This document shows positions 1 to 8,989 of a DNA stretch of 14,797 nt, piece after piece. Within the stretch, counting starts at the first letter, position 1. Each line of letters begins with the position of its first letter. Below the pieces are notes generated by a model. It had not been told where the DNA came from. It ran no database searches and worked only from the letters and a program-made list of their open reading frames with translations. Source of the DNA: Promethearchaeota archaeon (lineage in GTDB: Archaea > Asgardarchaeota > Thorarchaeia > Thorarchaeales > Thorarchaeaceae); NCBI GenBank assembly GCA_027031765.1, contig JALVPN010000087.1:1-14797 (forward strand). The letters run 5' to 3'. The position numbers were made by a program, and so were the translations under genes.

Positions 1-3000
1 GGGACCGGCGACAGGAGCACATCTGCGGTGATGCTCTTGTTGTAGTGTACGAACTTGGACGCGTTTATTGTGAAGGTATACAGCTGGGCGTCCAGACCTG
101 TCGTGTTGATTGTCAGCCTGTACACACCGTCGCCCAGTTCGGTTATTGTGTGCGGTGTACCATAGAGGTCGGTCCAGTCGGTCATCACGGTCGCGCCCTC
201 AATCCCGGCGCCCACCTCGTACGCGGTGAACGTGATGTTCGCAACGATAAGGTCACCCACGTACACGGTGGTGGACTCAAGGCCTACGAAGTGCAAGACC
301 GTTGCCACCGGCGTGAGCTTGATGCGGAATGCAAGACCGCTGACGTTCTCGTAGTACGGCGGGCCGGTCACGGTGAGGTTCGCCAAGAAGTGGTAGCGGC
401 CCAGCTCTGTGAGGCTGCTGCTGTTCACCATCACGGTGTAGGTACCGTCGCCGTTGTCGCGGTAGGAGTATGTGATGCTGCTGTTCAGACAGCTGATACT
501 CACAGTTGCACCTGTGACTGGACGGCCGGTGAGGTAGTCCTGTAACTGGAGCGTGGCCGTCATATTGAACCCATAGGATGCAGGGGGTGTGGCCAGTACT
601 GTGGCCTGTGTGGAGCGGGTTGTCACTGTGACCTGTGTGGAGGTCGTTGCATTCGTGTAGTACGGTGCCCGGTCGCCCCAGACGAACTTGATGGAAATCG
701 CGTGGTCAGCCTCCGGCCCGGCCACGAGGAGGGTGGAGTTCACTGCCAGCCCGTAGCCACCGTCCGTGACGTAGAGCTCGTAGTCCGAGGGGGCAATCAC
801 CCCGCCGTTGCCGTGAGTGAGGATCAGCACCGACTTGTCAAGTGCCACCAGTGTGCCGCTCAGCTGGTCCGTCACGGTGACCTCGAAGGTGACGGTCTCA
901 AGGAATGGTGTATTGAGTGGTGAGCGCGTCACTGTGAATGTGACGGGCCGCCTGGTGACCTCGATGTCCACATGTCGCGTACGTGCGACGTAGAACGGTG
1001 CTCCTGTCCAGTTGGCCGTCACGGTGATGGTGTAGGGGCCGAAGTTGCCCAGTGCGACGGTGGATATCCGGACGCGGTACCGTCCGTTGCCCAGTGCGTC
1101 GACCCAGTAGTTGACACCAATTTCGAGCTGTTCAGATGCAGCACTGCAGTTCGCCCGTACTATGGCACCATCAATGCCCGCACCGGTACTGTCGTCAGTG
1201 AAGCGCACGGTGATGTTCGCCTGTGTCAGATATGGGGCCGGCTCCGGCAACTCGCTCTCCAGTTGCGTCCGCCGCTGCGTCACGGTCAGGTAGAAGAAGT
1301 CGGTAGCGTTCGCACAGTAGCGGTCCCCACCGTACACCATAGTGGCATTCACGATGAACGTGCCAGTACTCGGGAACACCGACGTGTCAAGTGTTACCGT
1401 GTATGTCCCGTCCCCGTTGTCCGCGACCCAGTAGTGGCCTGCGAGGGAGGCGTCCAGGGTCAGCGTCCCGCCGTCCATGCCCTGTGTACTGTAGTCGTCC
1501 AGGTCGCGGTACGTGAACACCACTGTGAGGTTGTCGGCATACTGCACTGGGGCAAAGGAGCTGTGGGTCAGGTCAGTGTGCCTCACCCTGACGGTTATTG
1601 GTATGCCCACCAAGGTGTGGTTCTGATAGAATGGCCTGCCGGCCCACGTCACGTTGATGTGGAACACATGGTCTCCGGGTGCCCACGATGATGTGTTCAG
1701 TTCCAGCTGGAAGACGCCGTTCCCATCGTAGTACAGCGAGTAGACGACCGCCTCATCAATCACAATCGAGAGGGCACTGCCGTTCTCTATCCTCGTACTG
1801 CTGAGTGTGTCCACGTACGACAGCGTGAGGTTCACGAGCTCGTCGTATGGTGTGACCGGTAGCGGTTGCCAGTCGACAGTGGTCTGTCTCTGGATTGTCT
1901 GTATCGTGACCACGATCGTCTGGTTCTCGTAGTACGGCAGCTCGCCCTTGGTCCAGTTGAACCAGACCCTGAGCTCGCACGTCACAAGGCCACTGAGGAG
2001 GTCAGTGTCAAAGTTGACACGGTACTCGCCAGGACGGCCCGTGGGGTCAATCTCCTGCACCACCATGTCGGCCTGTGTGAGGGTCTCGCCGGCCGTCAGC
2101 ACGATGACTGTCAGGTGCACATTGCCTGCGTAGGGCCCTGTGGCATTCACAATGCCGGTCTCGTTGCCCACGTCGTAGTACACAACGGTGAAGGTGGCGT
2201 TCTCACCGTAGGGCGTCATGGCTGGGCTCTCGCTCAGGAAAATGTTGGTCGGCGTCCCGGTGATGGTCACCGTACACAACAGGGTCTTGTTGGAGTACTT
2301 GACCGTGGGGCCTGTCCAGTTGGCATAGACAGTGAGGTTCTGCTTGCCAATGGCACCCCACTGGTGTGCTGGCAGTGTGATCACGTACTGGCCTGCGTAG
2401 GAGCCGTTCGTGACAGTGTACTGGAGGTCAGCAAGCGTGGTGCTGGTCACACGAATCTGGACATAGTACCCAGCCGAAGAACCGTTCTCAATTCCCGTGT
2501 CGGTGTCCACGTCGTGATAGACCACGTATATGTGCACCTCAGCAGTGTACGGCGTGGGCTCGACCGGGTTGTCAAGGTAGAAGGATGTGAGGTGTGTCCT
2601 CAGCTCCACAGTCATGCTGAGCGTGTGGTTCTGGGCGCCATAGCGCTGCACCTGGACTGTGATGTTGTACTCGCCAAGGGTGTCCGTGTCCTCAGAGTAG
2701 AGGAGGACCTCGTACACTCCCGGTGTTGCGGTCTCGGTGACCGTGTAGTTGAGGACTCCGCTGCCATGTCCGACCACTGCCCCCCAGTCGCACGTTATCG
2801 AGTCTGCAGACCCGGTCAGTGGCTGGTCGTGGTCGGTGTCACGGTAGGTCACTGTGAAGGACGCAGTGTAGCCCACTGGGATCGAGACCCTGCTCGTGGA
2901 CGGGACTGCCGAGGTGTGGAGCTCCCTTACCTGCACCGACAGGACGATGCTCCGTGCCTGGAAGTACTCCTTGGTGGCATTGATCTCCACGTTGTAAGTG

Positions 3001-3520
3001 CCGAGGACAACGTTGCCCGTCTGTAGTGCAAGCTCGTAGTGGCCCGGACTGCCGGCCACCTCGTTCACCGTGAAACTGTCCAGAGTCCAGTTGCAGGAAA
3101 CCGTCGCACCAGTGATGGGTGCACCGGTCTCGTCCTCATAGTACACGTCCAGTACTGCGTCGTAGCCCTTGGGCACATCAACGCCCGGCGCGTCCTGTGA
3201 GAACAGGTTCGTCTTATAGTATACGTTGATGTAGAACGTCCTGTGGAGCGTGTCGTAGTTGTCCTTGGTCCAGGTCAGCTGGACTGCATACCGCCCGTTC
3301 GCAGGCAGTGCGTCGGTGTCGAGCGTCACACTGTACTCACCAGTGCCCATGTCGCTGACCGGCCCTGACCCAGCAGCCCACGAGTACGTCATGGTGCCGC
3401 CCGGGAGGAAGTCGCCATTGTCCGAGTCGTTGACCCTCAGCTGGAGCAGCACGAGCTCACCATAGTAGGTGTCGGTCTCCCATGACTGTTCAGACCCGAG
3501 AGGGTACTTGACGGTCATGT
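1..3520 (-). repeat. At least 11 tandem ~100-110 aa Ig-like beta-sandwich repeats
   Basis: Recurring pattern T-x-hydrophobic...P-Y/F-G...(V/T)-x-Y-x-D...I-x-G-A/N...D/G-x-G-x-Y-x-hydrophobic-x-hydrophobic-D/N-T...N/T-W...Y, for example TPYGENATFTVVYYD, TPYDELVNLTLSYVD, DNGDGTYTVTLDTS. The Ig fold is inferred from the beta-strand pattern. Confidence 0.8.
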
Positions 3521-6251
3521 CGGTCGCGTGGTCGATCTCAAACCCACGGACAAAGTAGCCCGCGTTGTGGACCGCGCCCCCTCCGGACACGCTGTCGTTG
3601 ACGTAGACGTGCACCTGCCACGCACCCACGGACGCGTTGTAAGCGTCGAGGTTGACACGGCTGGTCACAGCGTAGCCATTGCTGTCCACAGTGGCCGTAA
3701 GGGATGTCCACAGTGTCCCGCTCGGGTCGTAGACCTCGAAGACTGCGATGTCCCCTGCATACGCGGGTGCGAGCGTTGCCCTGAGGCGTGTATCGTCATT
3801 AGCCCTGAAGGTGTCCGTCCTCTTCCAGGACGAGGTGTCCTCGTCCCACACATGCACATCTGTGATCATGTTCGGCGACGTGCCCCGGATGAACCAGAAG
3901 CCGTTCTGGGACGGCGTGTCAATCTCGTACACGGACACGTTCACAAGCCCATCGCCTGGGTCTCCATATGTCCACCCACTGGTCAGGTTCTTGAAGCGGT
4001 CGCTGGGGTCTCCAACATGTACTACGTCCCGGTTGAGCGGCAGTGTCAGGTTGAAGAAGTACCTCACGTAGCCACCGGGCACCGCGACATAGTAGTTGGT
4101 CTCCCACTGGACCGCAGTGGCATTCTCCACGACGAAGTTGTCACCCTCTGTGTGGGTCTCCGTATCGTTCACCGTGTGACCATTGTACCTCCTTGCGAGT
4201 GCTGTCACATAGGCGTCTATGCTCACGGAGATGTCGTTGTCGGGGACTGGGGGGTACGGCGTTGGCTGCCACGTGAAGTTGGCCCAAGACGCGTCGCCCC
4301 TGAACGGTACAGCAGGGTAGTACCATGCAGTGCCCCTCCCGAAGACGGGTGTTGACCCCTCCAAGACGTTCTGCACAGCCACGCCGTCCATCTCGAGGTT
4401 GAGGTCCTCAGGGGTGGCCTTCGCCTTCATGTAGATGATGATATTGTCGAACCTCCCCTCGGGCAGGATGTCGTATGTCTCGTTCAGGATGTTGGATGCG
4501 TAGTACCACTCGCTGTCCGTTACCCGGAGGCCCATGAGTATTGAAACAGAGGGCAGGCTGAAGGCTGACGGGTCGACCTGTACCAGACCTGTCGAGTACC
4601 ACGTGTTGTCATCAGGCACCGCCTCGAAGTCCCTGCTCCAGAGGGTGGTGCCGCCCTTGTCGGGGTCGCCCAGAGATACGAAGAGCTGGAAGAAGCCCGT
4701 CATGTAGCTGCCCCAGTCACGACAGTCCGCATAGTAGTCAAGTGAGACCGCAGCCCATGTCACCTCTCCCCTGTTGATTGTGAGGTTCTGTCTGATGAAG
4801 GCCTTGTCGCCTGCGTTGTACCAGAAGCCGTAGAGGTTGCCGTCGTCGTGCCAGTACCCATCAATCTGGAACACAGCCGCCCCGTTCCCACTACCGTGGC
4901 CGTTCGCGTCCCACCTTGCAGCCATCCTGCCGATGCCACCGGCCTCGGTCACGTAGACATTGCCAGTGGTGGGCGATATCGCCATGCCAAAGTTGAACCT
5001 GAGGTTGGACGTACCAGTACCGTCGCTGCCCCACTGGCCCTGGTAGCTACCCGTTGACGTGAAGTACTGTATCCTGTGGTTGCCGAGGTCGTTCACGAAT
5101 ATCGTGCCATCTGATGCCACTGCGCAGCCCGTGGGCGTCCGGAAGTAGCCCGCGGAACCGCTGCCCACATACGACAGGAATGTCCCCGTAGCACTGTGAC
5201 GCTTCACACGGTTGTTCGTTGAGTCCGCAATTATGACCTCGCCGTTGTTCTGGTTGATGGCGATGCCTGTGGGCGACCTGAAGTTGGCGCTCCCCGTGCC
5301 GTAGCTGCCGAACTGGCCGAGGTAGCCGCCGTTCATGTCAAAGTACTGGACACGGTGGTTGCCCATGTCTGTGACGTAGACCCTGCCATTTGAGTCCCGG
5401 ATGGCGATACCCCATGGACTGTGGAACTGGCCGTTGCCGACGCCGGGCGTGCCGAACTGCCCGACGTAGTTGCCCACTGCGTCGAAGACCTCGACCCTGT
5501 CATTCCCGGAGTCGACGACGTAGACATAGCCCGACGAGTTGACTGCAATGCCCACGGGCCTCATGAACTGGCCGTTGCCGGTGCCCCGGGAGCCCCACTG
5601 GAACTGGAAGGTGCCCGTGGACGAGAATACTTGCACCCTGTGATTGCACGCATCGGTCACATACACGTAGCCCGAGCCGTTGATGGCGACGCCCATGGGG
5701 TCTATGAACTGGCCCTGTCCACTGCCCCGGGAACCCCACATGGTCACATACGTGCCCGTGGACTGGAATACGTGTACCCTGTTGTTGCCGGAGAACGCGC
5801 CCTCAAGGTAGCGGCTCTTGAACTCCCAGTGGGACTCGTCACCGAACCCACTGTTCTCTACCCAGGTGCGGTTCTCGGTCAGGTCGGTGATGTTGGCGAA
5901 GACAGCATACCCCTCCCAGTCCTCGCCCAGTGGCACCGACATGTTCACGCCGGTCAGGCCCTGCGTCCCAGAGTCATAGTACATGGGCTGGTCCGTATAG
6001 AGGTCTGTGCGCTGCCCGTACTCCTGGCCTATCAGTGGTGCCCCGTTGCCGGAGTACTGGTCTGGCACCCCACCGAGCGTGTACTTGAGCAAGACCTCAT
6101 CTGGGCCCACCTCGACTCTCGTGCCATCGTCAAGCTCCACGACAGTCGAGCCCGGGGTCGTATGCTGACCCCACGGCCCCACGGTGGCGGCGGCCATAGA
6201 ACACATCATGAGCAGCATGACGCAGAACATGAGGGGCTTCTTCGTCCACAT
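1..6251 (-). CDS. Giant secreted surface glycoprotein/adhesin (>2080 aa, C-terminus beyond window): signal peptide, N-terminal beta-rich region containing an NHL propeller, then tandem Ig-like repeats
   Basis: Manual translation from ATG at 6251 (MWTKKPLMFCVMLLMMCSMAAATVG...) stays open to the window edge (...SKFVHYNKSITADVLLSPV). GGTGATC SD at 6255-6261. About 50 N-x-S/T sequons counted by eye. Absent from the ORF track, consistent with no stop codon inside the window. Confidence 0.93.
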   Translation of the reverse strand, partial: MWTKKPLMFCVMLLMMCSMAAATVGPWGQHTTPGSTVVELDDGTRVEVGPDEVLLKYTLGGVPDQYSGNGAPLIGQEYGQRTDLYTDQPMYYDSGTQGLTGVNMSVPLGEDWEGYAVFANITDLTENRTWVENSGFGDESHWEFKSRYLEGAFSGNNRVHVFQSTGTYVTMWGSRGSGQGQFIDPMGVAINGSGYVYVTDACNHRVQVFSSTGTFQFQWGSRGTGNGQFMRPVGIAVNSSGYVYVVDSGNDRVEVFDAVGNYVGQFGTPGVGNGQFHSPWGIAIRDSNGRVYVTDMGNHRVQYFDMNGGYLGQFGSYGTGSANFRSPTGIAINQNNGEVIIADSTNNRVKRHSATGTFLSYVGSGSAGYFRTPTGCAVASDGTIFVNDLGNHRIQYFTSTGSYQGQWGSDGTGTSNLRFNFGMAISPTTGNVYVTEAGGIGRMAARWDANGHGSGNGAAVFQIDGYWHDDGNLYGFWYNAGDKAFIRQNLTINRGEVTWAAVSLDYYADCRDWGSYMTGFFQLFVSLGDPDKGGTTLWSRDFEAVPDDNTWYSTGLVQVDPSAFSLPSVSILMGLRVTDSEWYYASNILNETYDILPEGRFDNIIIYMKAKATPEDLNLEMDGVAVQNVLEGSTPVFGRGTAWYYPAVPFRGDASWANFTWQPTPYPPVPDNDISVSIDAYVTALARRYNGHTVNDTETHTEGDNFVVENATAVQWETNYYVAVPGGYVRYFFNLTLPLNRDVVHVGDPSDRFKNLTSGWTYGDPGDGLVNVSVYEIDTPSQNGFWFIRGTSPNMITDVHVWDEDTSSWKRTDTFRANDDTRLRATLAPAYAGDIAVFEVYDPSGTLWTSLTATVDSNGYAVTSRVNLDAYNASVGAWQVHVYVNDSVSGGGAVHNAGYFVRGFEIDHATDMTVKYPLGSEQSWETDTYYGELVLLQLRVNDSDNGDFLPGGTMTYSWAAGSGPVSDMGTGEYSVTLDTDALPANGRYAVQLTWTKDNYDTLHRTFYINVYYKTNLFSQDAPGVDVPKGYDAVLDVYYEDETGAPITGATVSCNWTLDSFTVNEVAGSPGHYELALQTGNVVLGTYNVEINATKEYFQARSIVLSVQVRELHTSAVPSTSRVSIPVGYTASFTVTYRDTDHDQPLTGSADSITCDWGAVVGHGSGVLNYTVTETATPGVYEVLLYSEDTDTLGEYNITVQVQRYGAQNHTLSMTVELRTHLTSFYLDNPVEPTPYTAEVHIYVVYHDVDTDTGIENGSSAGYYVQIRVTSTTLADLQYTVTNGSYAGQYVITLPAHQWGAIGKQNLTVYANWTGPTVKYSNKTLLCTVTITGTPTNIFLSESPAMTPYGENATFTVVYYDVGNETGIVNATGPYAGNVHLTVIVLTAGETLTQADMVVQEIDPTGRPGEYRVNFDTDLLSGLVTCELRVWFNWTKGELPYYENQTIVVTIQTIQRQTTVDWQPLPVTPYDELVNLTLSYVDTLSSTRIENGSALSIVIDEAVVYSLYYDGNGVFQLELNTSSWAPGDHVFHINVTWAGRPFYQNHTLVGIPITVRVRHTDLTHSSFAPVQYADNLTVVFTYRDLDDYSTQGMDGGTLTLDASLAGHYWVADNGDGTYTVTLDTSVFPSTGTFIVNATMVYGGDRYCANATDFFYLTVTQRRTQLESELPEPAPYLTQANITVRFTDDSTGAGIDGAIVRANCSAASEQLEIGVNYWVDALGNGRYRVRISTVALGNFGPYTITVTANWTGAPFYVARTRHVDIEVTRRPVTFTVTRSPLNTPFLETVTFEVTVTDQLSGTLVALDKSVLILTHGNGGVIAPSDYELYVTDGGYGLAVNSTLLVAGPEADHAISIKFVWGDRAPYYTNATTSTQVTVTTRSTQATVLATPPASYGFNMTATLQLQDYLTGRPVTGATVSISCLNSSITYSYRDNGDGTYTVMVNSSSLTELGRYHFLANLTVTGPPYYENVSGLAFRIKLTPVATVLHFVGLESTTVYVGDLIVANITFTAYEVGAGIEGATVMTDWTDLYGTPHTITELGDGVYRLTINTTGLDAQLYTFTINASKFVHYNKSITADVLLSPV
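4940..5790 (-). repeat. Six NHL repeats (6-bladed beta-propeller) within the giant protein
   Basis: Six copies of N-x-R-V/I-x-x-F/H (NNRVHVF, NHRVQVF, NDRVEVF, NHRVQYF, NNRVKRH, NHRIQYF) alternating with F-x-x-P-x-G-I/V-A-type motifs. DNA motif gaactggcc recurs at 5424, 5565 and 5706 (141 nt = 47 aa period). Confidence 0.92.
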
Positions 6252-6254
6252 CCA

Positions 6255-6304
6255 GATCACCAGTTCCTGTAGAGTGCAGACACAGCGGTCAGCACGGCTA
6301 TAAA
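6255..6304 (-). promoter_or_regulatory. Candidate TATA box (CTTTATAG, 6297-6304) and SD (GGTGATC, 6255-6261) for the giant surface-protein gene
   Basis: The SD is complementary to the conserved 16S 3' end. The TATA-like octamer lies ~45 nt upstream of the ATG. A second TATA-like TTTTAATAT lies at 6348-6356. Confidence 0.5.
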
Positions 6305-6413
6305 GGGCCTCCTCACAGCCCGACCGACTCCAAGTTCCGTACACCCCATATTAAAAGGATGCCCGTCAGATGCGATTCCAAAAATCGAAACGCCCCCTCC
6401 ATATTCGCACCGG

Positions 6414-8678
6414 TCAGACCCTCCGCCTGCGCGCCACAATGACAATCACCACGACGGCGACGACCACAACTGTGGTAGTGAGGATGATGCCTCCTCCTGA
6501 CAACAGCCATGTCCAGTCCCAGCCCCCCTCACCTGTGGTCTGCGAGGTGGTGTTGCTCCCCCCAGTCGGTGTCGTGGTGCCTGTTGTGGTTGTCGACGTG
6601 GTGGTCGTTGTAGTCATCGTGGTCGACGCTGTGTGGTTGAACGTTGCAGTAGGTGACAGGGCCACGTTCAGTGCCCGGTCGTAGGCCTCGAACCAGTACG
6701 TCACCGTAGCGGGCCCTACGCCTGCGACCTCAGCAGTCCACCCGGTGCCGCCTGCGGGCACACAGACGTACGTGCTCTCGTGTCCGTCGACCACGAGGTG
6801 CAGGGTCACGTTCTTGACGCCAGCGTAGTTGTCGGTCACGTTGACGGTCGCGACAAGAGTGAGGGGTGCAGACGGGTGCGTGTCCAGGGCCCATGCCGCA
6901 AAGGTCGGCGGCTCGCTGTCCTCTAGGGCCAGCTCAAGGGTCTCCAGCCATGCCTGGGCCTCTTGGAGTGCAGCGTAGGCGCCTCTCCAGTCCATCCTGT
7001 TGTAGAGGTCGTCAGACGCGTTCAAAAGCCGGAGGACACGTGTGAGCACATACTCTACGTTCGTGGGCAGGGGTGACGGTGCGCCCCTCACGAGTGCCTC
7101 AAGGCCTCCCACTACCTGCCCCCTCATCTGGTCGACGTAAGTACACTGTGCCCAGTCCTGGTCGAAGGTGGACGTCCCGTTGTGGAACGCAAAGTAGCCC
7201 ATGGGCGAGTAGCTGAAGTCGCCCACGTAGTGGTGGTATGTCCATGTGTGGTGGAAACCGAGGGCGTGCATTGTCTCGTGGAGCTGGACAGAAGAAATCC
7301 CACTCTTTGGTGTGACGCCGTCTGGCCTGTAGTACCGCTCCCAGCTCTTCCATATCACTGTCTGGTTGCGCCCACCAAGACCGGTGAAGGTGCGTCCTGA
7401 GTAGTGCATGAGCATCTGCTTCTTGATGAACACCACACCGAACGTGTTCACGTCCGTGTCATTGATGTCCACGTACTGCGGCCGCATGTCGTCCCATATC
7501 GCATTGAACATGTTTATGCCGTCCACATGGGTCGTCCCATTGTCCACGTAGGCATAGTCCCAGAACAGGCTCTCCCATGCGGGGTAGTCGTGGATGTCCA
7601 AGAAGTCGACCTTCACCGTCCAGTTGATGAACGGTACGAGCTCCTCAAGGTGGGCCCGCTGGACCTCAGCGTTGGTGACCCACGTGAGACTGTCAACAGG
7701 GACGCCCTCGTCGACATCCATGCAGAACACAAGGCCACGGAAGAGCCCTTCTGGCACGTAGGCCAGCGGCCTGTGCTGAGTCGGCATGAACAGGAATGCT
7801 ATCGCGTCATACATGTAGTCGTGGAGGTACTGGCCCAGCGCCTCACGACCGGCAGGTGTGGAGAGGTCAAGAGTGGCCACCTTGTCCTCCAGGTCCATCG
7901 TACAGTGCTCGTAGTCCGACGGGTACGGCGGGTCGCCCCACCAGACCCGGGCCCACCGCAAGTACCACTGGTCAGCTGACGGGTCGAGGACGAACACCTT
8001 CTCACGACCACCGAACCCGGGGTACTCGAACTTGACCGACGGGTTGAGGTCGTTCTCCCACTCCAGACGGAACCAGTCCTGGGTCTCACCGGTGTCAGGG
8101 TCGACCGGGTGGTAGTCGTACCAGTGCTCGAAAGAGTGGTCTGGAGCGTCGAACTCCGAGAAGTTGAGTAGGTATAGTGTGTAGCCAAGTGCCGGCGGGG
8201 CCACAGCAGGGTTGGCCTCCAGCCAGTCCTCAACAACGTAGCCGTCTATCTCCATCCCGTCCCTCGGATAGAACACACTCTGCGGTTCGTCAGGGTGTTC
8301 CTTCTGGTACTCAAGGGCACTCTCATTGATCGCCGTCCCAATGTCCGTACCCGACACAGAGTTGTCCTCTATGAGCTGTCGCAGTCTCTCGGTATACGAC
8401 GCATTGGCGTAGTGGACAGCGTAGTGCACGTTGTACACCATTTTCGCGTACTTTGAGCTGTGCATACGCTCTATCGGCAGGCCATCAAGCAGGACTGCCT
8501 CGTCTATCACTGTCGGGTCGTAGCCAACAAGCACTATGTTGACGGCCCAGTCTCTCGTAATCTCTGGTACAGCAGCCGGGGTGCTCTCCACTACAGGTGT
8601 CTGTCGCACAGGAGGCGCTACACTTGTAGCCTGCGCCCCAATCACGAACAGCAGCAGGACTAGCGCGGCATATCGCAT
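6414..8678 (-). CDS. Secreted, C-terminally membrane-anchored zinc metalloprotease (metzincin clan), 754 aa
   Basis: Start trimmed to ATG 8678 (MRYAALVLLLFVIGAQA signal peptide, GAAGGGG upstream). HETMHALGFHH = HExxHxxGxxH at 7248-7280, Met-turn SPMGY near 7200. Followed by a helical segment, a beta-sandwich, a Thr/Ser/Gly linker, a TM helix and RRRRV-stop. Confidence 0.9.
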   Translation of the reverse strand: MRYAALVLLLFVIGAQATSVAPPVRQTPVVESTPAAVPEITRDWAVNIVLVGYDPTVIDEAVLLDGLPIERMHSSKYAKMVYNVHYAVHYANASYTERLRQLIEDNSVSGTDIGTAINESALEYQKEHPDEPQSVFYPRDGMEIDGYVVEDWLEANPAVAPPALGYTLYLLNFSEFDAPDHSFEHWYDYHPVDPDTGETQDWFRLEWENDLNPSVKFEYPGFGGREKVFVLDPSADQWYLRWARVWWGDPPYPSDYEHCTMDLEDKVATLDLSTPAGREALGQYLHDYMYDAIAFLFMPTQHRPLAYVPEGLFRGLVFCMDVDEGVPVDSLTWVTNAEVQRAHLEELVPFINWTVKVDFLDIHDYPAWESLFWDYAYVDNGTTHVDGINMFNAIWDDMRPQYVDINDTDVNTFGVVFIKKQMLMHYSGRTFTGLGGRNQTVIWKSWERYYRPDGVTPKSGISSVQLHETMHALGFHHTWTYHHYVGDFSYSPMGYFAFHNGTSTFDQDWAQCTYVDQMRGQVVGGLEALVRGAPSPLPTNVEYVLTRVLRLLNASDDLYNRMDWRGAYAALQEAQAWLETLELALEDSEPPTFAAWALDTHPSAPLTLVATVNVTDNYAGVKNVTLHLVVDGHESTYVCVPAGGTGWTAEVAGVGPATVTYWFEAYDRALNVALSPTATFNHTASTTMTTTTTTSTTTTGTTTPTGGSNTTSQTTGEGGWDWTWLLSGGGIILTTTVVVVAVVVIVIVARRRRV

Positions 8679-8952
8679 GAAACCCCTTCTTATGCACTGG
8701 ACTATAGGTGTTCCGTTCAAAGTCAGGCCCGGTCCGCGGGGCAGGACGACAGGACAGGACAGTAGCCCCGCAAAGTCCCCGGAATCCCATTACCCCATGG
8801 CCCTCGTCCCCTCTTTCGGTCTGCGCAGTCCCGCCCGTGCACCCGCAAGTCCATGGGAGACCCGGTCACGTGTACCCGTACTGGTCCCCGACAGAAGGTC
8901 CACGACCTAGACTCTACCGCTCTACCGCTCCGCACGACCAGAGGGGTACACC

Positions 8953-8968
8953 ACCGAAGTATATAATA
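8953..8968 (+). promoter_or_regulatory. Candidate archaeal BRE + TATA box (accgaag-TATATAATA)
   Basis: Most conspicuous AT-rich octamer in this GC-rich spacer, preceded by a purine-containing BRE-like CGAAG. It also reads TTATATA on the minus strand. Confidence 0.5.
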
Positions 8969-8989
8969 GGGTCTATGACAGGATATTAC

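Noticed and set aside
6150-6260. Possible frameshift between the signal peptide and the body of the giant protein
   Set aside because: Careful re-reading through the G-runs (ACC GTG GGG CCG TGG GGT CAG) shows a continuous frame.
45-6272. Long plus-strand ORFs in the track (for example 972-1691, 1866-3026, 3528-4355, 5421-6272)
   Set aside because: They are antisense shadows of the giant minus-strand CDS. High-GC codon bias suppresses stops, and the products are Val/His/Arg-rich with no motifs.
8679-8720. 14-aa N-terminal extension of the protease given by the ORF track
   Set aside because: ATG 8678 directly precedes the signal peptide and has a purine-rich SD-like sequence upstream.
8720-8900. 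Fragments resembling SRP RNA helix 8 (CAGGCCCGG) and RNase P RNA (AAAGTCC...ACAGAAGG)
   Set aside because: The SRP-like piece lacks the GNRA tetraloop. The RNase P-like pieces lack the GAGG prefix, other conserved regions and adequate length. An Rfam cmscan would settle it.
8912-8931. Short tandem repeat ctctaccg x2
   Set aside because: Two 8-nt copies are within chance expectation and have no associated feature.
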